In this document: positions 27,768 to 37,111 of the stretch, piece after piece
Layout: every line of letters starts with the position of its first letter
Position numbering within the stretch: position 1 is the stretch's first letter
Origin: an uncultured Planctomycetia bacterium
GTDB taxonomy: Bacteria > Omnitrophota > Gorgyraeia > Gorgyraeales > Gorgyraeaceae
Reading direction: 5' to 3'
Assembly: GCA_964566255.1 (NCBI GenBank)
Contig: CAZMID010000001.1
Span: 83,152-147,151, forward strand
Length of the DNA: 64,000 nucleotides
Notes under the pieces: generated by a model
The model's input: the letters and a program-made list of their open reading frames with translations, nothing else
Told to the model about the DNA's origin: nothing
Database searches by the model: none
Translations under genes and position numbers: made by a program

Positions 27768-28817
27768 TTATCTTAAATTATCTTTTGCTAACTGGCTGAG
27801 TCCTGGAAGTTTAGACAAGACTTTATCTGTCAAATCTTGGGAGAGCGTACCCATTCCACAACTGGGAGTAATTAAAGATTGACGTATTAATAAATCTCGG
27901 GGGATTCCTTTTTTCTCCAGTTTTTTGATTTCTGATGAAAGCTTATCAAAAAGCGACTTTTCAGTCTCCTTTAATATAGCGTTAGATGTAGGAACAATAC
28001 CCCAGGCAAAGACTCCACCTCTTTTTAAAAACTCAGTTATATCGCTAGGATACAATGAAAGTCCATCTACATAAGAATATGCATCAAAATTTATAATATC
28101 GACGTTTGATTCAGTAAAAAGCGACCAATCTGTGTTACCGCAACAGTGAATTCCACTTAACGCTCCTTCTGAATGTATCTTATCTATTATAGAATTGAGC
28201 ATCAAGATCACATCCTGCCTTTCGATATTAACAAAACTCGAACCAAAGCTCGTAAGGTATGGCTCATCTACAAATATAATGACATTTTTAGAAATATTCT
28301 TTAATTTATGTATCTGATGAGCAGCTTTTATTTCTAAAAGTTTAACAAATCCCTCTTTTAAGGTATCGTTATATATTATGGACTTTCCTTTTTCATCAAC
28401 AACGCTTAATCCAAAACTAACAGGACCTGTAACATGACCTTTTACATAATTTGGATTGAATTTTTTAGCTAGATCCAAAAATACATAAAGACCCTCTGCA
28501 AAATCCCTTGAAAGCCCAAACGATTCATAGTCTCCTGAAAGATAAGCCTCATAGATCTTACCTAACCCTTCGCTTAAATCTTTGGTAGTATCTACAAATA
28601 TCTTTCTATTTTTTTCATCTATGGTAAGTGAGGGTAGACCCTCTGCGAACTGAACATACATGTTTTCTTTAAAGCTCCTCTTTGTTAGCTGAGGCCAAAA
28701 AGGTATGTCAAATTTAGTAGAGATTAGTTCTATGGATGCCTTTAAATCAACTAAAGGCAAACTCCCTATTCCAGTTGTAAGAAACTTTTCCTTGATCTTC
28801 ATGATTTGTAAACTCAA
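27768..28817 (-). CDS. Cobalamin-independent methionine synthase (MetE) catalytic-domain-like / URO-D-superfamily protein
   Basis: 349 aa; putative zinc-ligand motifs IHCCGN and ITPSCGMG resembling the MetE C-terminal domain; its first ~70 nt overlap bioD. Confidence 0.45.
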   Translation of the reverse strand: MSLQIMKIKEKFLTTGIGSLPLVDLKASIELISTKFDIPFWPQLTKRSFKENMYVQFAEGLPSLTIDEKNRKIFVDTTKDLSEGLGKIYEAYLSGDYESFGLSRDFAEGLYVFLDLAKKFNPNYVKGHVTGPVSFGLSVVDEKGKSIIYNDTLKEGFVKLLEIKAAHQIHKLKNISKNVIIFVDEPYLTSFGSSFVNIERQDVILMLNSIIDKIHSEGALSGIHCCGNTDWSLFTESNVDIINFDAYSYVDGLSLYPSDITEFLKRGGVFAWGIVPTSNAILKETEKSLFDKLSSEIKKLEKKGIPRDLLIRQSLITPSCGMGTLSQDLTDKVLSKLPGLSQLAKDNLR

Positions 28818-29463
28818 CCTTTCTTTTAGACCTATCTTTATTATAATACATTATACCTAAAATTCCTACCCCTGAAAGCTCTCTTATTATATCAGGGTTT
28901 GTTTCTATGGAGATATCCTTTTTTATAGGCGAAGTATAATTAAAAATAATACCTTCTATACTTATGCCTTTACTCTTAAGAATCTCTACTGTCATAATGG
29001 TATGATTTATGGTTCCTAAATCTGGTCTTGCAACTATAATAACTGGAAGGTCCATCTTTAACATCATATCTGGAACATAAAGAGTCTCTTTATCTTTCTC
29101 GCATATAGGTACCATTACACCACCGATGCCTTCTACTATCATTATATTATTTGCCTTACTCAAGGTCTTAAATCTATCCCATACGATATTTAAATCTATA
29201 TCCTTCTTCTCTAATCTGCTGGCAACTAAAGGTGCAAGCGGAAGTTTTAGTGTTATAGGATTTATATAATCTATTGGGTCTTTTGAAGAGGCACTTCTTT
29301 TTAAAATTTCCGCATCTTCTGAAAACCCATTCTCAACACCTGTTGCTATAGGCTTCATTACACCTACTTTAAAAGATTTATCTAAAAATCTTTTTGCAAG
29401 ATAACTTGCAACTTCGGTTTTTCCAACGCCTGTATCAGTTCCTGTTACAAAAAAGCCCTTCAT
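28747..29463 (-). CDS. bioD: Dethiobiotin synthetase
   Basis: 238 aa; N-terminal P-loop GTDTGVGKT; later EGIGG motif. Confidence 0.85.
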   Translation of the reverse strand: MKGFFVTGTDTGVGKTEVASYLAKRFLDKSFKVGVMKPIATGVENGFSEDAEILKRSASSKDPIDYINPITLKLPLAPLVASRLEKKDIDLNIVWDRFKTLSKANNIMIVEGIGGVMVPICEKDKETLYVPDMMLKMDLPVIIVARPDLGTINHTIMTVEILKSKGISIEGIIFNYTSPIKKDISIETNPDIIRELSGVGILGIMYYNKDRSKRKVEFTNHEDQGKVSYNWNREFAFS

Positions 29464-30622
29464 TTTTTATTCTCCTAAATATTTCTATTGCATTATCTAT
29501 ATGTTCTTCAGTATGCGTTGCCATTAAAGACGTCCTTATCCTACATTTTGACTTTGCTACTGTTGGCGGCCTTATACCTGGTGCAAAAATATTATTTTTT
29601 AATAAAAATTCAGCTATCTTCATAGTATTCGAGGCCTCTCCTACCCAAACTGGAATTATTTGTGTCTTTGTATCCATAATATCAAAGCCCATTTCAATAA
29701 GTGCTTTAGAAAATTTATCGATATTAGACCAAAGCCTTTTTCTTAAAGTAGTATCTCTTTCTACTATCTCTATAGCCTTTATCGCCCCAGAAACTACTGC
29801 TGGTGGTAAACCAGTAGAATATATAAAAGAACGGGCTTTATTGCATATATAGTCTATTAAAGTCCTAGAACCGACAATATACCCTCCTAGATTCCCAAAG
29901 GCCTTACTGAACGTCCCCATTTGAATATCTACACCATCTTTTATTCCAAAATATTCACAGGTACCTTTTCCGTTCTTACCTAAAACACCTGTTGCATGGG
30001 CATCATCCACCATTAATATAGCCTCGTACTTTTTACAAATCTTTACAAGATCAGGTAAAGGTGCAATGTCACCATCCATGCTAAAAACACCATCTGTAAT
30101 AAGAAGTTTTCTTCTATAAGAAGTGTTCTTTTTAAAAATATCCTCTAATCTTTCAATATTTTTATGAGGATAAACCCTTAAATCTGCACCACTCAAGCGT
30201 ACACCATCTATGAGACTTGCATGATTTAATTTATCACAGAGTACAAGGTCTTTTTCTCCTACAATGGAGGTAATAACTCCAAGATTAGTCATATACCCTG
30301 TAGGAAAAACAATTGCAGCCTCTCTACCTTTAAATTTAGCTATTTTTTCTTCTAATTTTTCATGTAGCTCCATGTTCCCGGAAATAAGCCTAGATGCACC
30401 TGAAGATGCACCGAATTCTTTTATTGCTTGAATCTGTACCTCTTTTACTTCCGGATGATTAGCTAATCCCAAATAATTATTAGAAGAAAGTAATATTACT
30501 TCTTTACCGTCGATAACGACGGTAGGACCACTTGTAGCATCAATACGCTTCATGCTTCTAAAAAGTCCCTGCCTTTTAAATTCACTCAATTCTTTCTCTA
30601 AAACTGAATCTAAATTAAACAT
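29435..30622 (-). CDS. bioF: 8-amino-7-oxononanoate synthase
   Basis: 395 aa; class-II PLP aminotransferase fold; SNNYLGL motif; TFSKAFG PLP-lysine region. Confidence 0.85.
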   Translation of the reverse strand: MFNLDSVLEKELSEFKRQGLFRSMKRIDATSGPTVVIDGKEVILLSSNNYLGLANHPEVKEVQIQAIKEFGASSGASRLISGNMELHEKLEEKIAKFKGREAAIVFPTGYMTNLGVITSIVGEKDLVLCDKLNHASLIDGVRLSGADLRVYPHKNIERLEDIFKKNTSYRRKLLITDGVFSMDGDIAPLPDLVKICKKYEAILMVDDAHATGVLGKNGKGTCEYFGIKDGVDIQMGTFSKAFGNLGGYIVGSRTLIDYICNKARSFIYSTGLPPAVVSGAIKAIEIVERDTTLRKRLWSNIDKFSKALIEMGFDIMDTKTQIIPVWVGEASNTMKIAEFLLKNNIFAPGIRPPTVAKSKCRIRTSLMATHTEEHIDNAIEIFRRIKNEGLFCNRN

Positions 30623-31575
30623 TATTTTACTATCATTGGCATAAATTCAGTGGAACCGAATATGCCATATATCTTATGCTCCTTAAGCCATAAGGCCCTC
30701 TTCATATATCCAAGTGCTGGCCCTACAACATTGGCTGCCATAGATGTCTCATCCCCGAGTATAAATCTATGGCTTGACTTTTTACCATCAAAAGTGATAC
30801 CTGTGAGTGTCATTGTAGTAGAGACTGGTTTTTTGGCATTCCTTGTATCCATTATCCCACCCACTGAAACCTTCTTTAAAGAATCAACAACCCCTGTATT
30901 CTTAAGCAATATATCATCTGCATGTTCCATCTCGCGCAGCACAAGTTTTCCATTTCTTTTATCTAAAAACTTTTCAACTTCTTTATCTGTCATCCTTTTT
31001 GCCTTACTAACTGTATAGCCTGGCAAGTGTGCAATGTCTTCTCTTATGGTAGCCTTATATTTATCCCAATTAGAAATCCCAACACCCCACCAAATATTTA
31101 CATCCTCTACCTTTATAAATGATTGGGCTGCCAAAGTTGCTGCGGCTGATAAAAGTCCAGGTGTTGCACCGCATCCAGTTATATAAACACTTTTATTCTT
31201 CTTTAATTCATTATTCAAACTCATCATCAATCTAACAGCTCTGGTCCGTTTCAAGGTATCTGTAAAAACTCCGTTAAAACCTCCCTTTACGAAACGCCTT
31301 ATTACCGACGGTATAAAATCATTAGGAAGGTTTGGAAGCGCTACAAAAACTCCATCTAATTTATTTTTTAATTTTACGACTTCACCTATAGAATCTTTTG
31401 AGGGTTTAAGTTTTTTTAGATCTTTAGTAGTTATTCCATTTTTAGAATATAAAAATCCTCCAGAATCACAAATGCTAATTACCTTTAATTCCTTTTTCTT
31501 AGCTACAATATCTAAACATGCCTTGCCAAGTCCCCCTGCCCCCAAAACTGCTACTTTCATAACTCCCCCTTTCAT
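30622..31575 (-). CDS. NAD(P)-binding Rossmann protein (saccharopine/DAP-dehydrogenase-like); candidate bioA-replacing DAPA-forming enzyme (BioU-like hypothesis)
   Basis: 317 aa; N-terminal VAVLGAGGLGKA dinucleotide-binding motif; sits between bioB and bioF in a bio operon with no bioA. Confidence 0.4.
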   Translation of the reverse strand: MKGGVMKVAVLGAGGLGKACLDIVAKKKELKVISICDSGGFLYSKNGITTKDLKKLKPSKDSIGEVVKLKNKLDGVFVALPNLPNDFIPSVIRRFVKGGFNGVFTDTLKRTRAVRLMMSLNNELKKNKSVYITGCGATPGLLSAAATLAAQSFIKVEDVNIWWGVGISNWDKYKATIREDIAHLPGYTVSKAKRMTDKEVEKFLDKRNGKLVLREMEHADDILLKNTGVVDSLKKVSVGGIMDTRNAKKPVSTTMTLTGITFDGKKSSHRFILGDETSMAANVVGPALGYMKRALWLKEHKIYGIFGSTEFMPMIVK

Positions 31576-32552
31576 AATTCAAACCCTAAATCCTTAACCA
31601 TCTGTAAATCCTCTTTTACGGACCTTCCTTTTGTAGTAAGGTATCCTCCTATTATCATACCATTGGCACCTGCTAAAAATGCCATTGCCTGAAAATCCTT
31701 TAAACCATATTCCCTTCCTCCTGCTACCTTTATAATAGAATCAGGTAATATTAATCTAAAAACCGCTATTGTCTTTAATATTTCCATTGGAGAAAGAGAC
31801 TCTACATCTTCAAGGGGTGTACCTTTTCTAGGATTAAGTATATTTATAGGTACACACTTTATACCTAATTCTTTCAAACTAAAGATAAGTTTTAATCTTT
31901 CTTCAATATCTTCCCCTAGACCTATTATACCGCCACAGCAGGCATCCAAACCTACATCCTTTAACATGCCCACCATATCTAAGCGATTCTTATAAGAGTG
32001 GGTCTTACATATATCTTTATAAAAATCTTTGGAAGTTTCCAGATTATGATTATATCTTGTAACACCTAATTGCTTTAACTCTTTTATCATAGCTATCTCT
32101 AGAATCCCAAGTGAACAATCTATCTTTATACCAACTTCCTTATTTATTTTTACTATTGCCTTTTTAATCTTATCAAATTCTTCACTGTTAGGTCCTGGGC
32201 CACTAATTACAATGCAAAAATTAGTAGCACCTGCTCTCTTTGCCTCTCTAGCAGCAGAGACTATCTTTTCAATACTCAAAAGTGGGTAAGTCTCACAATT
32301 TGTCTTATACCTTGAAGATTGTGCGCAAAATTTACAATCCTCTGAACAAAGTCCACTTTTTGCATTTACTAAAGAACATAAATCTATCTTATTCCCGCAA
32401 AATTTTCGTCTTACAGCATCTGCTGTATGCATAAGAAGAGGGACATCATCCCTTTCTAAAGTCAAGAGGACTCTTGCATCTTTAAAGCTTAAACTCTTAC
32501 CATCCAACACGCCATCTAAGATACCTTTAATCATACGTAGTATTTTACCCAA
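31572..32552 (-). CDS. bioB: Biotin synthase (radical SAM)
   Basis: 326 aa; CSEDCKFCAQS radical-SAM CxxxCxxC motif. The annotated start is a TTG at 32552; an alternative ATG at 32534 would make the mRNA near-leaderless. Confidence 0.85.
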   Translation of the reverse strand: MGKILRMIKGILDGVLDGKSLSFKDARVLLTLERDDVPLLMHTADAVRRKFCGNKIDLCSLVNAKSGLCSEDCKFCAQSSRYKTNCETYPLLSIEKIVSAAREAKRAGATNFCIVISGPGPNSEEFDKIKKAIVKINKEVGIKIDCSLGILEIAMIKELKQLGVTRYNHNLETSKDFYKDICKTHSYKNRLDMVGMLKDVGLDACCGGIIGLGEDIEERLKLIFSLKELGIKCVPINILNPRKGTPLEDVESLSPMEILKTIAVFRLILPDSIIKVAGGREYGLKDFQAMAFLAGANGMIIGGYLTTKGRSVKEDLQMVKDLGFEL

Positions 32553-32562
32553 TATATCTTGA

Positions 32563-32594
32563 TTGTCAACCTAACCCTAAAACTAGGTTAACAA
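32563..32594. promoter_or_regulatory. BirA-operator-like inverted repeat TGTCAACC-N14-GGTTAACA overlapping the putative bioB -35 element
   Basis: Half-sites at 32564-32571 and 32586-32593 match the bacterial BirA box consensus TGTAAACC-N14/15-GGTTTACA. The reverse complement of 32565-32570 is TTGACA, and a TAAAAT (reverse complement of 32542-32547) lies 17 nt downstream. Confidence 0.55.
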
Positions 32595-32596
32595 TA

Positions 32597-33130
32597 TTAT
32601 ATCATTAGGATTTTAGTAATTAAGAGGGAGATTTTTAAAGTTTTGGATTTTTTCTTTTTGGGAATCAAACTAAATCTATTTACTTTTATTAATTGGTGGG
32701 ATTTTTCTAATTGGTAGATAAAATCCATCAATAACGACATCTCTGATTCTGCTTCTATAGTCACTTTATATTCAATATATAAACCTTTTTCTTCCATTGG
32801 AAGTGGTTTTATGTTTTTAATCAAAACAGATGTTTTGCGTCCAAGTTTTTCTATCTCACTCGATAGACTTGCTATCTCTTCTTCGTCTGAGGCAACCTTT
32901 TTTAAGCCTTGTATAATTTTTTCGTATTTATCTCGTATCGAATCCTTCTCATTCCATATAAACATAGAACGCTCTAGCTTCTTCTCATAGGTGGATATCT
33001 CTTTATTCAAATTATCTAAGATCCTCATTGCTGGAGAAATCATAACCTTATCAATAAAAAGAGAAGAGATAACTATAACTGATATATATACTACATATTT
33101 TTCACGTTGTGATAACTTTGAGAAAAACAT
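32597..33130 (-). CDS. PilO/GspM-like pilus assembly protein
   Basis: 177 aa; N-terminal TM helix then a coiled-coil; located after a PilMN fusion gene. Confidence 0.5.
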   Translation of the reverse strand: MFFSKLSQREKYVVYISVIVISSLFIDKVMISPAMRILDNLNKEISTYEKKLERSMFIWNEKDSIRDKYEKIIQGLKKVASDEEEIASLSSEIEKLGRKTSVLIKNIKPLPMEEKGLYIEYKVTIEAESEMSLLMDFIYQLEKSHQLIKVNRFSLIPKKKKSKTLKISLLITKILMI

Positions 33131-33131
33131 T

Positions 33132-34616
33132 TTAATACTCCCTCAATAATCTTTGTAAGGCTGCACTTAAGGGACAAATTATTTCAAACTCTGCTGTCTC
33201 CTCGCCCTTTACTATGTTTTTAGAGACATATTTTGTCTTAACATTCTCAAAATATTCCGATTTTTCCAATTCATTTACAAATTTAAATACTTCAGACATT
33301 ACGCTGGAAGAACCTCGTAAAGTTAGGATATGTTTTCCATCAAAACTGACAGATAATAGATACATATCTGGAGAAATCACGTTATATGCTTCATAAAGAA
33401 TATTAAGCACAGATCCTTTTGCATCTGAACGAGATTTTACTATTTCCATTTTCTCCTTCATAAGACCTAGATCATCTGCTTCGCCTTTTATCGAAGCTAT
33501 CTTATTCTTTAATTGAGTTAAATAACGTTCCCTACTGTAGAATTTTTCCAGGAAAACACTGGATGTAGCTATTAAAATCAATGCCAGAAGTATACCCAAA
33601 AGATATAAATCCTTTGCCCTCTTCTTCATAGTCCTTTCTAGTTTAATCTCATGAGGAAGAAGATTAATATGTTCTTTTCCGTATATAAAAGCTAATCCTA
33701 TGAGGCTAGAAAGGGATATATCCTTTAAGTCTCCTCCGTATAGATCAAGCGCCTCTTTAGTCACGGGAATATTCTTAAATTGAGGGGTGATTTCTACGGG
33801 CAAATTGAAACTTTCTCTTAAAAGATTATCATTAAGTTTTGCAGTAACTCTTTCTGAACCACCAATAACAATCTTAGATATATCTTTATTTACCATCTCA
33901 TTTTGATAGGCATAAATAGAACGGTTTATCTCTTCTATTAATTCCTTTTGCCATTTATCCATATCTTCTACAGATTGAGAAAACCCCAAGGAGATATTCC
34001 TATCGAATATTATTTTATTATTCAATATGGCTATAAAATTACTTTCGGTATTATCCACATCTACAAGGAGGTATGGCTCATCTTCAACTTTTTTTTCTTG
34101 ATAACTTAATCTGCACCAGTTTAGCGTACCCTCGGAACTCAAACCTATCCTTGCAGGCTTAAGCCCAGCTTTTTCAAGAACCCTGAAATATCTATTTACG
34201 ATATCGATATGAACAATAACAAGCATAACTCTGCTGTATCCGTCAGGGCTTGTATACACAATCTGATAATCGCTAACTATCTCATTTGTAGAATAAGGAG
34301 TCTGTTTTCCTATCTGTAGTTCTACCATATCCTTTATTTCTTCAGAATCTAAGGAAGGGAATTCAGGATTCCTGATAGTAGCAAATTGTGTTGGCATAGA
34401 TATAATAAGATGATCCGGATCTATCTTAAACTGCTTAGATAGACCCGTTATCATCTTAATAAGTTCATTCTCAGAAATACCATTGATTTTTTTTACTACG
34501 CTTCGAAAGATCTTTTTTTCTCTAGGAGAGGGTCTGAGCTGCACCATCTTCAGGAAATTTTCATCCATTTCTAAAACAGTTATAATTTTATCTTTTCCTG
34601 TAAATGGTAGTTTCAT
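33132..34616 (-). CDS. PilM-PilN fusion (actin-like ATPase domain + TM + PilN domain; GspL-like)
   Basis: 494 aa; actin-like N-terminal domain; TM helix LYLLGILLALILIATSSVFL preceded by an INLLPHEIK-type PilN motif. Confidence 0.65.
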   Translation of the reverse strand: MKLPFTGKDKIITVLEMDENFLKMVQLRPSPREKKIFRSVVKKINGISENELIKMITGLSKQFKIDPDHLIISMPTQFATIRNPEFPSLDSEEIKDMVELQIGKQTPYSTNEIVSDYQIVYTSPDGYSRVMLVIVHIDIVNRYFRVLEKAGLKPARIGLSSEGTLNWCRLSYQEKKVEDEPYLLVDVDNTESNFIAILNNKIIFDRNISLGFSQSVEDMDKWQKELIEEINRSIYAYQNEMVNKDISKIVIGGSERVTAKLNDNLLRESFNLPVEITPQFKNIPVTKEALDLYGGDLKDISLSSLIGLAFIYGKEHINLLPHEIKLERTMKKRAKDLYLLGILLALILIATSSVFLEKFYSRERYLTQLKNKIASIKGEADDLGLMKEKMEIVKSRSDAKGSVLNILYEAYNVISPDMYLLSVSFDGKHILTLRGSSSVMSEVFKFVNELEKSEYFENVKTKYVSKNIVKGEETAEFEIICPLSAALQRLLREY

Positions 34617-34618
34617 TT

Positions 34619-35632
34619 TTACTCCTCATGCCAATATAATATCTCAAAATCCTGCTCTTCTTTCTTTCTTTTAACAACACAAGCAATTTTTCTTCTTAAA
34701 TCATTATCTCCGCGCTTCAAAATACCGAATGAGTTAATGCGAAAAACATTAGAAATAACACTAAGTACGTTTAGTGAAATAAGACGATTTAATATTATAG
34801 ATTCTTCTGTAAATAGTGGTCCTATCTCTCTTAAATCCTCTACTGTTTCAAAGATATTATCATCTTCTGTTCCAGGTATTTCATCTGAGCCATCGCGAAA
34901 TTCAACAATGCGCTCAGCAAGGCTCTCATCCCCTCCCAAAGCATAAAATGTAGAAAAACTGGCTGTATTGATATTTACTCTACCTTCTCCATAAATAGTA
35001 ATTGCATCTTTGATCTTTAAAAATATATCTTTAGTCATACCTTTTACTAAAAGTAGTTCTTCTAGAGCCTCAAAATCTCTATCTTTGCATTCATATGGTG
35101 TATCTAAAGATGTATAATGATCGTCTTCAGCACCATTAATAGAAGGAAATATATCTACGTCCCTCCAATCTACAATAGCATCAGCTATATCAGATGCCTC
35201 TATATCTTCTACTTCTCCTAGCGTCTTTAATAAACTTTCTAAAGCCTCTTTCGGCACACGATTTATATTTATCTTACTTCCTTCATCCATAGCACCATAT
35301 AAAATATGTGTTTTTTCTCCATCTTTATCTTTTAAATCATAACTTACGGTAAAATGTCCTGACTCTAGCAAGTTTTCTTTGAAGATCTCTTTATTATTAG
35401 AATAATTATCGCTCAGCGTATCATAATTAATAGTTTCATCCATAAAAAGTTCGGCTGTAGCTCGTTGTATACCAGCCTTTGCGAGATAATACATTACTAA
35501 GCGATTCTTAAAATAAGATGCAAAATTTACCTGAGATGATATATTGCATCCAATACCAATACTATATATAGTTAAAATACTTAATACCCAAAGAGTAATT
35601 ATTAATATACTACCAGAGTTAGCCTTCATCAA
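34619..35632 (-). CDS. gspK: Minor pseudopilin GspK-like
   Basis: 337 aa; N-terminal hydrophobic segment GSILIITLWVLSIL typical of GspK; follows the gspJ/I/G homologues. Confidence 0.55.
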   Translation of the reverse strand: MMKANSGSILIITLWVLSILTIYSIGIGCNISSQVNFASYFKNRLVMYYLAKAGIQRATAELFMDETINYDTLSDNYSNNKEIFKENLLESGHFTVSYDLKDKDGEKTHILYGAMDEGSKININRVPKEALESLLKTLGEVEDIEASDIADAIVDWRDVDIFPSINGAEDDHYTSLDTPYECKDRDFEALEELLLVKGMTKDIFLKIKDAITIYGEGRVNINTASFSTFYALGGDESLAERIVEFRDGSDEIPGTEDDNIFETVEDLREIGPLFTEESIILNRLISLNVLSVISNVFRINSFGILKRGDNDLRRKIACVVKRKKEEQDFEILYWHEE

Positions 35633-36269
35633 CTATGCCTTCTATTAAAGTGTCTAATTCCAAACTTTGTTCTCCCGTACCTATTGGTATAAAAACTGTC
35701 TTTGTAAAATCTAGGGTTTCATTTTCGTATTTATTAAGACTGAACTCTATCTTTACTGCTCGAGGAATAGAATCCTGTTCTTCTTTCTTCCATGAATCCT
35801 TCCATTTATATTCACCAGTAGCATTATCTAAATAACAATAAGTAAATTTCCAATCACTAACATCTGAAATAAAAACTGTACCTCCGAAGCTGTCTATTTC
35901 TGAATTTGGATCTACACCATAAAGTTCAATATATGTTCTTTCATTTTTATAAAGCTTATTTTCGCTATCATCAAAAAAATAAGTCATCCTACCAACTTCA
36001 TCTTCGCTAACAATTGCCGGAAAAGAAATTGCCTCATCAGTCCCTTCAAAAGGAATATTAGAAAATTCAAAAGTATTCCTTATAGATCTTGCAATCTTTG
36101 TTAAGTTAATTGCAATATCCCTTTCAACTTCTCTATTGATAGTGCACCTTCGCCATACATTTACTCCATTAGAAAATGCTGAATATACAGCCCCAGCCAC
36201 TAGAAAAATTATGGATGTAGCTATAAAAAGCTCTACTAATGAAAAACCTCTATTCCTCTTCTTTCTCAT
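35619..36269 (-). CDS. Pseudopilin with prepilin leader (GspJ-like)
   Basis: Leader MRKKRNRG|FSLVELFIA matches the class-III prepilin cleavage/methylation motif. Confidence 0.6.
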   Translation of the reverse strand: MRKKRNRGFSLVELFIATSIIFLVAGAVYSAFSNGVNVWRRCTINREVERDIAINLTKIARSIRNTFEFSNIPFEGTDEAISFPAIVSEDEVGRMTYFFDDSENKLYKNERTYIELYGVDPNSEIDSFGGTVFISDVSDWKFTYCYLDNATGEYKWKDSWKKEEQDSIPRAVKIEFSLNKYENETLDFTKTVFIPIGTGEQSLELDTLIEGIVDEG

Positions 36270-36690
36270 GCTTTATTAAATGTGTAGCTACTATAATCTT
36301 ATTCTTTCTATTTTTTTCATCCCAGGATAAAATAGCATTAAAATCATAAAGGTTCTCATATAATAATTCTTCTTCATATGTATCTTTTTTTAGCTCAATT
36401 GGCGATATATCTGTAACTAATTTAAAGGTATTGCCAGAATCTTTAATAATATCGCTATCACTAAATATATCACGACCTTCTTTAAAATTAATCTCTATAT
36501 CAGCTACTTTATTTTCAAATAATAAAGACGCCCTTACATAATCTTCGGAGGATCTAAGCACACTTAACGAATGACTAAAATATTGAAGTATCAAAACCAG
36601 GCCTAATGATAAAATTGCTATAGCGACCATTATTTCAATAAGTGTAAAACCAGACCTAGTCCCTTTATGCATAATAATCAATTCTCCCAA
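36250..36690 (-). CDS. Pseudopilin with prepilin leader (GspH/GspI-like)
   Basis: GTRSG|FTLIEIMVAIAIL prepilin motif; the start is probably the internal Met at 36672. Confidence 0.6.
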   Translation of the reverse strand: MGELIIMHKGTRSGFTLIEIMVAIAILSLGLVLILQYFSHSLSVLRSSEDYVRASLLFENKVADIEINFKEGRDIFSDSDIIKDSGNTFKLVTDISPIELKKDTYEEELLYENLYDFNAILSWDEKNRKNKIIVATHLIKHEKEEE

Positions 36691-37097
36691 TTAGTAATAT
36701 CATCGCCACTTTGAGTCCCATCTAATCCTAATGAATAAAGATCATAAGTACCCCTACCGCCATGAGAACCTGGAAAATTATATTCATATGGATTGCCCCA
36801 TGGGTCATTAGGCTCCTTCTTAAGGTAAGGGCCGTTCCAGTTTACTGGACTTGGAGAAGATGAAGGTTTTGATATAAGCGCCTTTAAACCTTGATCTGTA
36901 GTAGGATATGTACCATTATCTAATTCATAAAGATCTAGTGCTAAAGCTATATTAGAAGTTATATCGGCCTTGGCAATAGCAACCCTTGCCTGTTCTGAAC
37001 GCCCAGCTAACCTCGGTAATATCATGGCAGCAAGTGCGCCTATTATAATTACCACTAGCATCAGTTCTATTAAAGTGAAAGCACGGTTTCTTTTCAT
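36678..37097 (-). CDS. gspG: Major pseudopilin GspG
   Basis: MKRNRA|FTLIELMLVVIIIGALAAM and a downstream DLYSLGLDG region typical of GspG; 139 aa. Confidence 0.8.
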   Translation of the reverse strand: MKRNRAFTLIELMLVVIIIGALAAMILPRLAGRSEQARVAIAKADITSNIALALDLYELDNGTYPTTDQGLKALISKPSSSPSPVNWNGPYLKKEPNDPWGNPYEYNFPGSHGGRGTYDLYSLGLDGTQSGDDITNWEN

Positions 37098-37111
37098 ATA
37101 TTACCTCCTGG

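Noticed and set aside
26658-28817. HypF interpreted as a frameshifted pseudogene whose N-terminal half is the upstream ORF
   Set aside because: The upstream ORF (27768-28817) carries MetE/URO-D-like motifs and nothing resembling acylphosphatase, Zn-finger or YrdC domains. The junction has a clean stop followed by an ATG with no sign of a frame break.
28747-28817. 70-nt bioD / MetE-like overlap as evidence of a sequencing frameshift
   Set aside because: It cannot be confirmed from sequence alone. Both frames are open and both proteins look full-length. It is reported as an observation rather than called a pseudogene.
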